From the NCBI GenBank assembly GCA_035761325.1, contig DASTRG010000179.1, positions 10,879 to 74,878 on the forward strand: a stretch of DNA of 64,000 nucleotides, read 5' to 3'. Made by a program: the position numbers and the translations under genes. Origin of the DNA: Rhizomicrobium sp. (GTDB taxonomy: Bacteria; Pseudomonadota; Alphaproteobacteria; Micropepsales; Micropepsaceae). The number at the start of each line of letters is the position of its first letter. The stretch's first letter is position 1. The notes under the pieces were generated by a model. It was not told the origin of the DNA. It did no database searches and saw only the letters and a program-made list of their open reading frames with translations. Of the stretch, positions 8,847 through 18,405 are shown in pieces.

Positions 8847-9812
8847 TCAGACAAGATCGATCTTGAAGACATACCCGCCGCTGGGGCTGTTCAACTCGGG
8901 AAATCCGGTCCGCGCGTACTTTTTGTCGATCGGCCAGCCCGGATGCTCGCCGGCGTCGACGCCATAAAGCTGGCCATCCATCACGGTGACGTCATGGATG
9001 TCGCAACTGCCAGGCTCGAACTCCACGACTTCCTTCACCTTGCCGCTGTGCGCGTCATACTTCACCAGGCCCGGCAGATAGCCTTCATAGCCCCCGACCT
9101 TGGAATTCTGGGTGCCGCAGACCTGCCAGATGATGCCGCCCTCGCGCGGATCGTAGGTGATTCCATGCAGGCGCCCGATCTCGTGTGTGACCGGAAACAT
9201 CCAGTCCACCGCCCAGGTCTTGGGATCGATGCGCACGATGGATTCGAGGCGATTGGCATAGACCCACAGTTTGCCGCCCGGCACGCTGGCATCCTGCTGC
9301 CAGCCCATGCCGTGGCAGGAGCCGCCGTCATCCTTCGGCCCGAACGGAATCTGGCGCCAGCTAAGCTGCTTGCCGTTCATGTCGGTCTGGAAGATGCCGT
9401 TGACCGGCGGGGTGGGATGGTTCTTGACCGAGGCGCCGTTGGCGCCGCTCCAGATGAAGCCCCCGCCCCACACCCCGCCCGAAGTATTCTTGGACTGGGT
9501 GACAACGGTGTGCAGCACCTTGCCGGTCTTGAAGTCCAGCCGCCACGCCTTTTCAGGCGCGCCGTCATGACGCTGTTCCTGCACCCAGAAGCCCCTGCCC
9601 GGCTCGACCGAGATGGCGTTGGCCCAGCAAGGTGGCGCCAAGAACAGCTTGGTGGTCCTGGCCTTGCGGCGCGGCGCCTTTTTCGGAGCCTGGTTGCCGC
9701 GGCGGCCAAGATCATCCGTACCCGGAGGATGACCGCCAGCCGTACCCTGCGCCAAGGCCGGCGACGCCGCAGCCGCCAGCATAGCGCCGGCCAGGAATGT
9801 CCGCTTGTCCAT
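8847..9812 (-). CDS. Exported beta-propeller-like hypothetical protein
   Basis: Start 9812 after a CAGGAG RBS. MDKRTFLAG Tat-like signal, repeated HG-x-x-W/Y and aromatic-Gly blade-like units. No family recognised with confidence. Confidence 0.65.
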   Translation of the reverse strand: MDKRTFLAGAMLAAAASPALAQGTAGGHPPGTDDLGRRGNQAPKKAPRRKARTTKLFLAPPCWANAISVEPGRGFWVQEQRHDGAPEKAWRLDFKTGKVLHTVVTQSKNTSGGVWGGGFIWSGANGASVKNHPTPPVNGIFQTDMNGKQLSWRQIPFGPKDDGGSCHGMGWQQDASVPGGKLWVYANRLESIVRIDPKTWAVDWMFPVTHEIGRLHGITYDPREGGIIWQVCGTQNSKVGGYEGYLPGLVKYDAHSGKVKEVVEFEPGSCDIHDVTVMDGQLYGVDAGEHPGWPIDKKYARTGFPELNSPSGGYVFKIDLV

Positions 9813-9832
9813 CTTGTTCTCCTGTTGTCGCA

Positions 9833-11020
9833 TCAGGGCAGGAATGCCATCACCGCCGGGCTGCCCAGCGCCATGTAATGGCCGGTGAATTTCGGAATGC
9901 CGTCGGCGCCGATGCGGAAGGTGGTGACATTGTCGGCGCCCTGGTTGAGCGAATAGATGAAGCGGCCGTCCGGCGACAGCGTCAGGCTGCGCGGCAGGTG
10001 CGCCTCAGTGGCGACATTGGCGATCTTGGTCGGCATTGCGTTCGCGCCAATCGAAAAGGCGGCGATGGAGTTCTGGGTGCGATTACCCGAATAGAGATGC
10101 TTGCCTACCTTGTCGATCAGCAGCTCCGAGGCCGTGTTGCTGCCCTGATAGCCATCAGGCAGGGCCGAGATGGTCGGCCCCTTCTGGGTCAGCCTGCCAT
10201 TGGCGAAGCTGTATGTCGCCAGCCGCGAATCCTGTTCCTGAAGCTGGTACATGGTTTTGCCATCTGGCGAGAACACGAAATGGCGCGGCGCCGAACCCGG
10301 CAGCGCCTTGGTCACCGACACCTGGTTCAGCTTGCCCATGCCGGTGTCCAGCTTCCACACAAAGATCTGGTCGCGGCCGGCATCATCGCCGATCACATAT
10401 TCGCCGGAAGGATCGGGTCCGATCATGTGGCCGCGCGAGCCGCGATGATCGCTGCCGGCAAGCTGGCCGGGCGGGTTGTCGGAGGCGGTGGCGGGATTGA
10501 GCGGCCCGTCCGGTTTGACCACATCGGTCGTCTCGCCCAGGCTGCCGTCCGGCTTGATGCGGATGATCGTGTAGCCACCGCCGCTATAGTTGGCCACCAT
10601 CAGGAACTTGCCGCTGGGATGGACCGAGATGTAGCAGGGCACCGCCAGCTCGGAGCTGACCACGTTTAGCGGGGTCAACCTGCCGCTGGCCTGGTCGACG
10701 GCGAAGGCGCTGACCGAGCCGGACTTCTTCGGGCCGTAATTGGCGATCTCGTTGGCGGCGTAGAGGAACTTGTGGTCCTTGGAGAAAGTGATCCAGGTCG
10801 GCGACAGCGTCCTGGCCACAAGCCGCGGATTGGACGGCGTGCCGGTCTGGTCGTTGACATCCACCAGGTAGATGCCCTCGCCGTGGCTCTCGCTGCGCGC
10901 GCCCGGCGGGTTGGGCGTATAGGTGCCGATATAGGCGCGCCCGGCGAAAGCGTCGGACGACGCCAGCAGCGCCGCGGCCATCGCGGAAGCGGCCAGCACG
11001 GCGCGGAAGGAAACGGTCAT
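9833..11020 (-). CDS. Periplasmic lactonase, 6-phosphogluconolactonase (Pgl/YbhE) beta-propeller family
   Basis: Start 11020 after a CAGGAG RBS. YIGTYT...GIY, YAANE, VANYSGG, H-x-IGPDPSG, GSAPRHFVF and PRSLTLSPDG motifs. Confidence 0.88.
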   Translation of the reverse strand: MTVSFRAVLAASAMAAALLASSDAFAGRAYIGTYTPNPPGARSESHGEGIYLVDVNDQTGTPSNPRLVARTLSPTWITFSKDHKFLYAANEIANYGPKKSGSVSAFAVDQASGRLTPLNVVSSELAVPCYISVHPSGKFLMVANYSGGGYTIIRIKPDGSLGETTDVVKPDGPLNPATASDNPPGQLAGSDHRGSRGHMIGPDPSGEYVIGDDAGRDQIFVWKLDTGMGKLNQVSVTKALPGSAPRHFVFSPDGKTMYQLQEQDSRLATYSFANGRLTQKGPTISALPDGYQGSNTASELLIDKVGKHLYSGNRTQNSIAAFSIGANAMPTKIANVATEAHLPRSLTLSPDGRFIYSLNQGADNVTTFRIGADGIPKFTGHYMALGSPAVMAFLP

Positions 11021-11033
11021 GGCTATCTCCTGA

Positions 11034-13175
11034 TCAGTTTTCCGGCAGGGCAAAGACGAAAATCGCATTGCCGTTGCCGGGATGATGGACATCACGCAGA
11101 AGCGTTGTGGGCTTGGCCACGGGGCTGCCGCCGCCAAGGCCGGTTTCAACGGCGATATACTGCCGCCCGTTCACGGCATAGGACACGACATGGCCCTGCA
11201 CGCTGGTGGTCAGGCGTGTCTGCCACAGCGTCTTGCCGGTCTTGGTTTCGACGGCGCGGAAGCGGCGGTCGAAATCGCCGACAAAAGCCACACCCCCGGC
11301 GGTGGTCAGCACGCCCGTCAGAAAAGGCGCCTTCTGCTGCAGGCTCCAGGCCGCCTTCATGGTGGTTGTATCGTACGCCGCCAGCCGCCCCAGATTGCCG
11401 TCGGTGCCCGGCATCTCGAACAGTTGCTGCGAACCGGCATTGGTCGCGGCGGGGCCAATCTTCTTTTCCAGCGGATTGCCGCGCATCAGCACGCAGGACT
11501 GGTGCAGCGGGATCAGCATCAGGTCATTGTCGGGGTCATAGCTGGTGGCGGGCCAGTCATGGCCGCCGGCGGGCCCCGGACAGGACGACACCCACTCGCC
11601 CACCTTGGCATCCTGTATGTCCTGGCGATAGGTGGGAATGCCGGTCTTGGGATCGATGCTGGTATAGACATTCTGAAAGACGGTCTGGGCGCTGTCCTTG
11701 TACTTGCCGGTTACGCGGTCCAGCTTCCACAGCACCCCGACCTTGCCTACGGTCAGCAGATCCTTTTGCGCGCCATGGTCGATCAGCACGCGCTCGAAAA
11801 CCTCGTCCAGGTCCAGCGCCTCGCCGGGCGCGTGGCTGTAATACCATTTCAGCTTTCCGGTGTCGGGATCCAGGGCCAGCGTGGCATTCGCATAAAGATC
11901 GGCGCCGCCGGCAGTACCGCGCGTCGCCCGCGTCCATGGCTTAGCCTGGGCGGTTCCCCAATAGGTCGTATTTGTTTCCGGGTCGTAGGTGCCGGCAATC
12001 CAGGTCTCTGCGCCCTGGCGGAATTCGTCGGGGAGGCCATTCCAGGTGTCGCCGCCCGGCTCGCCCTTCAGCGCCACCGTCCTGAAGCGCCATGCCACCT
12101 TGCCCGTGTTGGCGTCATAGGCGCTGATGAAGCAGTGCTTCTCCTCGTAGCGGTTGCAGTAGGTCAGGCCCACCAGCACCTTGCCGTGCACGGCGATGGC
12201 GCCGCCGGTGTTGGAATAGCCTTCGCGGCCGTCCTCGATCTGGGTCTGCCAGACGATCCTGCCGGTCCTCGCATCCAGCGCATAGAGCTTGGCGTCGGTG
12301 GTGGGCACGAAGACCTTGTCGCCATAGAGCGCCAGGCTGCGGGTGGCGCCATAGGCGCGCGTCGGCGCCGGACCGATGCGGTTCTCCCAGATCAGCTCGC
12401 CCGTGGCTGCGTTCAGCGCCTGCACCGTGTTGGCGGTATTGGACAGGAACATGATGCCGTCATGGATGATGGGCGTGACCTCGCTGGCGCCGCCGTCATT
12501 CATCGCCCAGGACCAGACGAGCTGCAGGTCCTTCACATTGCCGGTATTGACCTGCCTGAGCGGCGAATGGCTCCAGCCCTGATAGTTGCGGCGGTACATC
12601 AGCCAGTCGCCGTCGGCGGGATGGGCCAGCATCTCGTCGGTGACGGGGCGGTAGTCCTTCACGGTACCCGCCACGATCAGTCCAAACCGTCCCGGCGGAT
12701 AGGCAGTGGCGGGGCGGTCGGCGGTCGGCGCCTTCGCCGTCTGGGTGGACGCGGGCGCGGCGGCGGGCGCCTTGCCGTCGGCTATGGCGGAGATCTTGAC
12801 CGCCTCGCCGCCGGTGAAGGCCTCCGTTCCGGCATCGGCGCCGTTAGCGGACAGCACATAGGCGATGATGCTGCGATAGGTAGCCGCGTCCAGGCTGTTG
12901 CCGTTGCCATAAGGCATCGACGCCTTGACCATATTGTAAAGGTCAGCCGCCGAACGGTCACCCCACGCGCCCATGAAGCTGGTCCCCGCCAGGGCGGGGG
13001 CCTCGCCCGCGCCCTTCAGGTCATTGCCATGACAAGCCGCACAGTTGGCGACATAGGCGCCACGGCCGCTCTGCGCCTGTTGCCCCGTGAAGGGGCCGGG
13101 CGGTCGTGTTTGCGCGAACGCGACCGCGGCCAGAGTGGCAGAGGCACAGGTGGCGACGAGAATTGTCTTTCTCAT
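11034..13175 (-). CDS. PQQ-dependent dehydrogenase with N-terminal class I cytochrome c domain
   Basis: Signal peptide, CAACH heme motif, [17 protein letters not shown], repeated PQQ tryptophan-docking blades ([11 protein letters not shown]), [21 protein letters not shown]. Confidence 0.9.
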   Translation of the reverse strand: MRKTILVATCASATLAAVAFAQTRPPGPFTGQQAQSGRGAYVANCAACHGNDLKGAGEAPALAGTSFMGAWGDRSAADLYNMVKASMPYGNGNSLDAATYRSIIAYVLSANGADAGTEAFTGGEAVKISAIADGKAPAAAPASTQTAKAPTADRPATAYPPGRFGLIVAGTVKDYRPVTDEMLAHPADGDWLMYRRNYQGWSHSPLRQVNTGNVKDLQLVWSWAMNDGGASEVTPIIHDGIMFLSNTANTVQALNAATGELIWENRIGPAPTRAYGATRSLALYGDKVFVPTTDAKLYALDARTGRIVWQTQIEDGREGYSNTGGAIAVHGKVLVGLTYCNRYEEKHCFISAYDANTGKVAWRFRTVALKGEPGGDTWNGLPDEFRQGAETWIAGTYDPETNTTYWGTAQAKPWTRATRGTAGGADLYANATLALDPDTGKLKWYYSHAPGEALDLDEVFERVLIDHGAQKDLLTVGKVGVLWKLDRVTGKYKDSAQTVFQNVYTSIDPKTGIPTYRQDIQDAKVGEWVSSCPGPAGGHDWPATSYDPDNDLMLIPLHQSCVLMRGNPLEKKIGPAATNAGSQQLFEMPGTDGNLGRLAAYDTTTMKAAWSLQQKAPFLTGVLTTAGGVAFVGDFDRRFRAVETKTGKTLWQTRLTTSVQGHVVSYAVNGRQYIAVETGLGGGSPVAKPTTLLRDVHHPGNGNAIFVFALPEN

Positions 13176-13663
13176 CTCTGGGGCACATCCAGCTGGGGCA
13201 GGAAACCATGGCCTTCGACCGGCACATCCTCGCCGGCGAAGGGATGCGGCGGCAGCAGCCAGCCCTGCAGATTGCCGTTCGGGGCACCCTGGCTGTCGAC
13301 CTGCACATAGATATGCCCGCGGCGCAGCTGGGTGAGCTGGGCGCGGCTAAGCGTGACCGTGCCCGACAGGGTGCCGTCGCGGCCGGGAGTGGCGGTGATG
13401 TCGAATAGCTTGTCGCCGGGCACCCCGATGCCGTTGCCCGATCTGAGTTCGGCGGCGATGGCATTGGAGGCCAGGTCCCGGAAGCTGCCGCTTACGGTCA
13501 GCCGGTCGCCGTCCAGCCGCGCCTTGGCCTGGCCCTCGCCCGTGGTGGCGGCCCGGGTGCCGTCGGTGACTGGCGCCGGGGACAGATGGGTGGCGAAATC
13601 ATCGGCCAGAACCGGCCCGCAGGCCGCCATCCACGCCACGCAGAAACACAGTGAACCCCGCAA
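13172..13663 (-). CDS. CHRD-domain secreted protein
   Basis: TTG start after GGAGGGAGG. Signal peptide, LSPAPV, G-x-x-YVQVDS...PNGNLQGWL pattern of CHRD domains. Stop overlaps the PQQ dehydrogenase start. Confidence 0.75.
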   Translation of the reverse strand: MRGSLCFCVAWMAACGPVLADDFATHLSPAPVTDGTRAATTGEGQAKARLDGDRLTVSGSFRDLASNAIAAELRSGNGIGVPGDKLFDITATPGRDGTLSGTVTLSRAQLTQLRRGHIYVQVDSQGAPNGNLQGWLLPPHPFAGEDVPVEGHGFLPQLDVPQR

Positions 13664-13759
13664 AGCCCCTCCCTCCGACTTGTTTTTCCGCCGGTTGTTC
13701 CGATTCCTAGCACGTTTCGGCGAGGCTGGCAGGGGTGCGCCGCGGGTCCGGCCGGCCAG

Positions 13760-13775
13760 ATGACAATTCAGTCAT
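13760..13775. promoter_or_regulatory. Candidate operator ATGAC-N6-GTCAT in a divergent promoter region
   Basis: Perfect 5-bp inverted repeat with a 6-nt spacer in an AT-rich patch between divergent genes. Binding protein unknown. Confidence 0.3.
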
Positions 13776-13823
13776 TAATTTACCTTTTCGCCCTAAGACG
13801 GTGGTTAGCCTGGAGAAAAGGAC

Positions 13824-14357
13824 ATGCCCTCCATCGTCGCCTTGGACGCCGGCCTTCCGCTGGAAAGCGCTCCGATCAATCCGTCCTGGATAACCGGCGG
13901 CAAGCCACAGGCCCGCAACCGGGTGCTGTCGCGTTCTACCGACGGATCGTCATGGACCATGCTTTGGGATTGCACCCCCGGCAGCTTCCGCTGGCGCTAT
14001 AGCTTCGACGAGACCATCCACTTCCTGGAAGGCAGCGTCACCATTACCGGCAATGATGGCGTCGCCCGTCACTTCGGCCCCGGCGGCATGGTGTTCTTCC
14101 CCGCCGGTTCGGTCGCCGACTGGCGCGTGCATGCCCACATCAAGAAGCTGGCCTTTTGCCATGTGCCCGCGCCCCGGGTACTACGCGTGCCACTCAAGGC
14201 CTGGCGAAGGCTGGCCGCCTGGGTCGGCGCGAAACGGAATCGTCTGAATAATAGGCCCCTTCGGCTCCCGGGCCCGACACTGAAAATTGCGCCTGATCAT
14301 CGTTCGCATCCTGACCCGGCACAGAAATCGTTGCCGGCGGGGCAATCGCAACCTTAG
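13824..14357 (+). CDS. Cupin_3 (DUF861/EutQ-like) protein
   Basis: INPSWITGGKPQAR, WDCTPGSFRWRYSFDETIHFLEG, FFPAG...WRV motifs. GGAG RBS. Confidence 0.85.
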   Translation: MPSIVALDAGLPLESAPINPSWITGGKPQARNRVLSRSTDGSSWTMLWDCTPGSFRWRYSFDETIHFLEGSVTITGNDGVARHFGPGGMVFFPAGSVADWRVHAHIKKLAFCHVPAPRVLRVPLKAWRRLAAWVGAKRNRLNNRPLRLPGPTLKIAPDHRSHPDPAQKSLPAGQSQP

Positions 14358-14507
14358 GCTATTCGCAGTCGCGTTTTTCCGGCCGACATCGCGCCATGCC
14401 AACCGCGTCCCAGCAAAACCTTTTTTCATTGCATCCTCCGGCAGGCGCTAGCACAAGTTGCAGGGCGGATTGCTGACGCGCTGACATCGGCGAACAAGGG
14501 GGCGGCC

Positions 14508-17500
14508 ATGAATTCCAGCGATTATCGTGGGTTGGTCGTCGGCATTGGCGCATCGGCCGGAGGATTGCCGGCCCTGGAGGTTTTCTTCCGCGGGTTGCCC
14601 CGTGACACCGGCATGGCGTTCATCGTCGTGACCCACCTGCCCAAGGACGACAAGGGCAGGCTGCACACGCTTCTGTCGCGATGCACCGCTATGCCGGTGA
14701 CTATGGCCATCAAGGGTGAATCTGTCCTGCCGGATCATGTCTATGTCTGCCCCGCCAATCAGACCCTGACAATCAAGAACGGCCACGTGAAGCTGGCCCC
14801 GCGCGGCCAGGATCTGCGGTACTTCCCGATCGACCAGACATTTTCATCCGTCGCCACAGAATACGGGGAATACGCGACCGGCATTCTGCTGACCGGCGGG
14901 GGCACCGACGGCACATCGGGACTGCGCGCCATCAGGGAACATGGTGGCGTTACGCTCGCACAGGCATCGGACGGACCAGACCCCGCCCACAAGGAAATGC
15001 CGGGCAATGCCATCGCCAGCAACGTGGTTGACCTGGTGCTGCCGGCGGAAGCGATGGGCCGGCGTTTGGCCGAATTCGCGCGCGGCGCGGTGAAACGCCC
15101 AGATGTCGGCCCGGCGGAAGCGCCGGAGGCTGCCGACAGCGATGCCGTGAAAACCCAAAAGCAGATTGCCGCCATATTGCACGACCGGCTGAAGCACGAC
15201 TTCAGCGGCTACAAGACGGCGGTATTCCTGCGTCGCGTGGCGCGCCGGATGCAGCTGCTGCGGATTGCAGGCCCGGATTCCTATATCGCCTATCTGCGCG
15301 AGAACACCCAGGAACCGCCTTTGCTCTTCCGGGATCTGCTGATCGGCGTAACCTCGTTCTTCCGGGACACCGCCGCCTTCAACGCGCTGAAAAGCCAGGT
15401 CATCCCCAAACTGTTCCAGAATGCCGCCCAGGGCGAGCCCGTGCGCATATGGGTACCGGCCTGCGCGACCGGTGAAGAAGCCTATTCGCTGGCCATCGTG
15501 CTACGCGAGCATATGGAGACCATGCGCGCGCCGCCCCCTGTGCAGATTTTTGCCACGGACATCGATGAAACCGCAATCGAGTTCGCCCGCAGCGGACGCT
15601 ATAATCTGTCGGAACTGCAAAACGTCTCGACGGACAGATTGCGGCGCTACTTCGCGCGGAACGAACTGCACTGCACGATCAGCAAGGACATTCGGGACAT
15701 GTGTGTCTTCTCACAACACAGCGTCCTGGAAAATCCGCCCTTTTCGCGTCTCGACCTTATTTCCTGCCGCAATCTGCTGATCTACTTTGGAACCCAGTTG
15801 CAGGCGCGTGTCCTGCCGCTGTTTCATTTCGCCCTCAAGCCGGGCCGTTACCTGTTCCTGGGCACGTCGGAGAATGTCAGCCAGCATCCTGAGCTTTTCA
15901 CCGCTATCGACAAGAAGAACCGCATCTATCAAAGGCGGAACAGCGCGCTTGCTGCCCACCGCCTGCTCCCGCAGACCAGGGTCAGCGACTTTACATCGAC
16001 CACCATGGCTGGACGGGCCGATGCGCCCATGACGCTGGCCGATCTTCATGCCCAGGTCGAACGGCGGGTGATGGAGCGCTTCGCCCCCGCTCATGTGGCG
16101 GTCAACCGCGAGGGCGACATCCTTTATTATTCGGCACGCACCGGAAAATATCTCGAAGCCGCCGCCGGTCCGCCGAGCCGGCAACTTGCCGCGATGGCGC
16201 GCAAGGAACTGCGCCATGACCTGCGCGCCGCCCTGCGCGAAGCCAAGGAAAGCGGCAAGCGGGCCGAGCGTAATGGGATTTCCTTCGAAGGCGAAGGCGG
16301 CATGTGGGCCACCGACCTGATAGTAGAGCCCTTCGGCAACTACGAAAATGATCCGCTATTCCTTGTTGTTTTCCGTGATGCCGGTGAAGCCGGGGCGGCG
16401 AAGCCACCGTCGTCCGACAGCCAGAGCCGTAAATTCAACAAGGCGCTTGGCCATGCGGAGCAGGAACTGGCAGAAACACGAAGGCGGTTGCAGCTGATGG
16501 TGGAGGAATATGAAACCGCCGTCGAGGAGCTCAAATCTTCCAACCAGGAATTGCAGTCGATCAACGAAGAACTCCAGTCCGCGAACGAGGAAATGGAGAC
16601 ATCCAAGGAAGAACTGCAATCGGTCAATGAAGAGCTTGATACCGTCAACACGGAGCTCCAGAACCGGGTGGAGGAGCTGGATCGTGCCAACTCCGACCTT
16701 CGCAATGTCTTCGAGACCACGCAGGTCGCCATAGTCTTCCTGGACGCCAAACTTGCCATCCGCACCTTTACCCCAGCCGCCACGGCGATCTTCAAGCTGA
16801 TACCCGGCGACCGCGGCCGTCCCCTGACGGACATCGCCAGCAACCTGCGCGATATCGGCGATCTACGCCGTGACATCCAGGCGGTTTGCGAACAAAAGAA
16901 ACCAATCGAGCGCCAGGTCCACCACGTGGATGGCCGCAGCCACTATTCCATGCGAATTCTGCCCTACCGCAGCGAGCGCGGTGTGATCGACGGCGCCCTG
17001 ATCGTCTTCGCGGATGCAAGTCGCCTGGTCGAATGTGAGACCCGGCAGGATAACCTGCTGAAAGAGGCCAACGCCTGCATCAGGACCTTCCTCGATGCAG
17101 CCCACCGGTTGATCCGGGAAGCGCCGACCAGGAGGCTTACGGTCGAGCAGTTCATGAAAAGTTTCCAGCGACGGCTGCAGGCCCTGACCACCGGCTACGA
17201 GCTGTCTATACATGCCAATTGGGGCAGCGTGGCGCTCTCGCACGTTGTGCAGTCCGCGCTTGAAGGATATGCGGGGCAAAACAGCAAACGCCTTTCCATC
17301 ACCGGCCCAAAGCTCTTCCTGCCGGCGGCCCAGGCCCCGGCGCTGGTCATGGTCATGCATGAACTTGCCGACAACGCGGTCCGGCACGGCTCGCTGTCGC
17401 AGCGGGGCGGCAAGATTCAGGTGAGCTGGAACATCGCGCGCGTCAGAGGCCGCGACCTCCTGCGCATCGATTGGCTGGAAAGCGGCGGCCCAGAGGTCGC

Positions 17501-17657
17501 CAGGCCCCAGAAGACGGGGCTTGGCAGGAAGCTGATCGATGACGCGGTCAAATCGGAATTGCGCGGAACCATAGCAATCGATTATGCACCCCCCGGCGTG
17601 AAGGCGCAGCTTTCCATGCCGATCAAGGTTTGGGAGGATGCCCCCGCCGGCCGCTAA
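14508..17657 (+). CDS. CheB methylesterase-CheR methyltransferase-coiled coil-PAS-HWE kinase-like fusion
   Basis: GIGASAGG, THL, TDG (CheB). RIWVPACATGEEAYS, FATDID, ISCRNLLIYF (CheR). ELQSxNEEL heptads, PAS region, HELADNAVRHG, W-x-E-SGGP and GLGRKLI (HWE ATPase domain). Confidence 0.9.
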   Translation: MNSSDYRGLVVGIGASAGGLPALEVFFRGLPRDTGMAFIVVTHLPKDDKGRLHTLLSRCTAMPVTMAIKGESVLPDHVYVCPANQTLTIKNGHVKLAPRGQDLRYFPIDQTFSSVATEYGEYATGILLTGGGTDGTSGLRAIREHGGVTLAQASDGPDPAHKEMPGNAIASNVVDLVLPAEAMGRRLAEFARGAVKRPDVGPAEAPEAADSDAVKTQKQIAAILHDRLKHDFSGYKTAVFLRRVARRMQLLRIAGPDSYIAYLRENTQEPPLLFRDLLIGVTSFFRDTAAFNALKSQVIPKLFQNAAQGEPVRIWVPACATGEEAYSLAIVLREHMETMRAPPPVQIFATDIDETAIEFARSGRYNLSELQNVSTDRLRRYFARNELHCTISKDIRDMCVFSQHSVLENPPFSRLDLISCRNLLIYFGTQLQARVLPLFHFALKPGRYLFLGTSENVSQHPELFTAIDKKNRIYQRRNSALAAHRLLPQTRVSDFTSTTMAGRADAPMTLADLHAQVERRVMERFAPAHVAVNREGDILYYSARTGKYLEAAAGPPSRQLAAMARKELRHDLRAALREAKESGKRAERNGISFEGEGGMWATDLIVEPFGNYENDPLFLVVFRDAGEAGAAKPPSSDSQSRKFNKALGHAEQELAETRRRLQLMVEEYETAVEELKSSNQELQSINEELQSANEEMETSKEELQSVNEELDTVNTELQNRVEELDRANSDLRNVFETTQVAIVFLDAKLAIRTFTPAATAIFKLIPGDRGRPLTDIASNLRDIGDLRRDIQAVCEQKKPIERQVHHVDGRSHYSMRILPYRSERGVIDGALIVFADASRLVECETRQDNLLKEANACIRTFLDAAHRLIREAPTRRLTVEQFMKSFQRRLQALTTGYELSIHANWGSVALSHVVQSALEGYAGQNSKRLSITGPKLFLPAAQAPALVMVMHELADNAVRHGSLSQRGGKIQVSWNIARVRGRDLLRIDWLESGGPEVARPQKTGLGRKLIDDAVKSELRGTIAIDYAPPGVKAQLSMPIKVWEDAPAGR

Positions 17658-18319
17658 TTTCCCGAGCCGGTCCGGCTCGAATTGGGTTTGACAGAGCCGG
17701 AATTGTCCGGTTCTTCGCCTGTTGTGGATTCGCCCGGGAGGCGATCGTCAGGGATCGGTTCAGCGACACTTTCCCGGGCGATGTGTTCGTTGCGTTCGAC
17801 GATCGCTTCCGCTTGTGCGACAATGAACCTGGAGACAGCGAGCTCGATTTCGAATTCCGCGATTCGTTCGCGGATACTGGCCAGGCTGTTGCGAAACTGT
17901 TCGATATCGCCATTTCGCTGCTGCAGTGCCTTGGCGATCAGGCCGCCTTTTGGCAAAGCTGATATGTCTGCCTGGTCGCGATAGGAGAATTTAGGGACAT
18001 AGCCGCCCGCCGGCATGGAAATGACGACGGGATTGTCTGCGCCCTCCTCTTCGTAATAGCGCGCCAGCGCCATCCGCAGCCGCACGGCCTCGACACGAAC
18101 AATGGGATCGGTCGCCGGATCGAAATCATCCGAGCGGCCGAACACCATCGTACCGATGGTATAGCCCTTGATGCTTTCCGCCTGGCCGGCCAGCGTTCGC
18201 TCGACAACGAACTGTAGAAAGGCCTTGAGCCGCGGCGAGGCAAAGGAGGTGCTCCCCAACGCCCGCGCCAGGGCGGCACGTATAGCCTCTGCATCAGGTT
18301 CAGGGCGAGAAGTCTCCAA
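17654..18319 (-). CDS. Hypothetical protein: stand-alone N-terminal domain typical of TolB-like/TPR 'adenylate cyclase-like' proteins plus coiled coil
   Basis: SPRLKAFLQFVVERTLAG...IKGYTIGTMVFGRSDDFDPATDPIVRVEAVRLRMALARYY...GGYVPKF. TTG start is uncertain. Confidence 0.7.
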   Translation of the reverse strand: METSRPEPDAEAIRAALARALGSTSFASPRLKAFLQFVVERTLAGQAESIKGYTIGTMVFGRSDDFDPATDPIVRVEAVRLRMALARYYEEEGADNPVVISMPAGGYVPKFSYRDQADISALPKGGLIAKALQQRNGDIEQFRNSLASIRERIAEFEIELAVSRFIVAQAEAIVERNEHIARESVAEPIPDDRLPGESTTGEEPDNSGSVKPNSSRTGSGN

Positions 18320-18377
18320 AATTGGCCGCCCCCAGATTTCACAACTCTTAATAGAATAGCACCCGTTGCCCCCTGAG

Positions 18378-18405
18378 GTGAATCAAAGATTCACGGCATT
18401 GCCGT
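18378..18405. promoter_or_regulatory. Two adjacent palindromes between galE and the downstream gene
   Basis: GTGAATC-AAA-GATTCAC (18378-18394) and ACGGCA-T-TGCCGT (18393-18405). Confidence 0.3.

Noticed and set aside
11082-13310. 742-aa plus-strand ORF (and similar long antisense ORFs such as 22593-24008, 25409-26443, 35966-36742, 61996-63264)
   Set aside because: They lie antisense to genes with clear family motifs, carry no recognisable motifs themselves, and are the shadow ORFs expected from high-GC codon bias.
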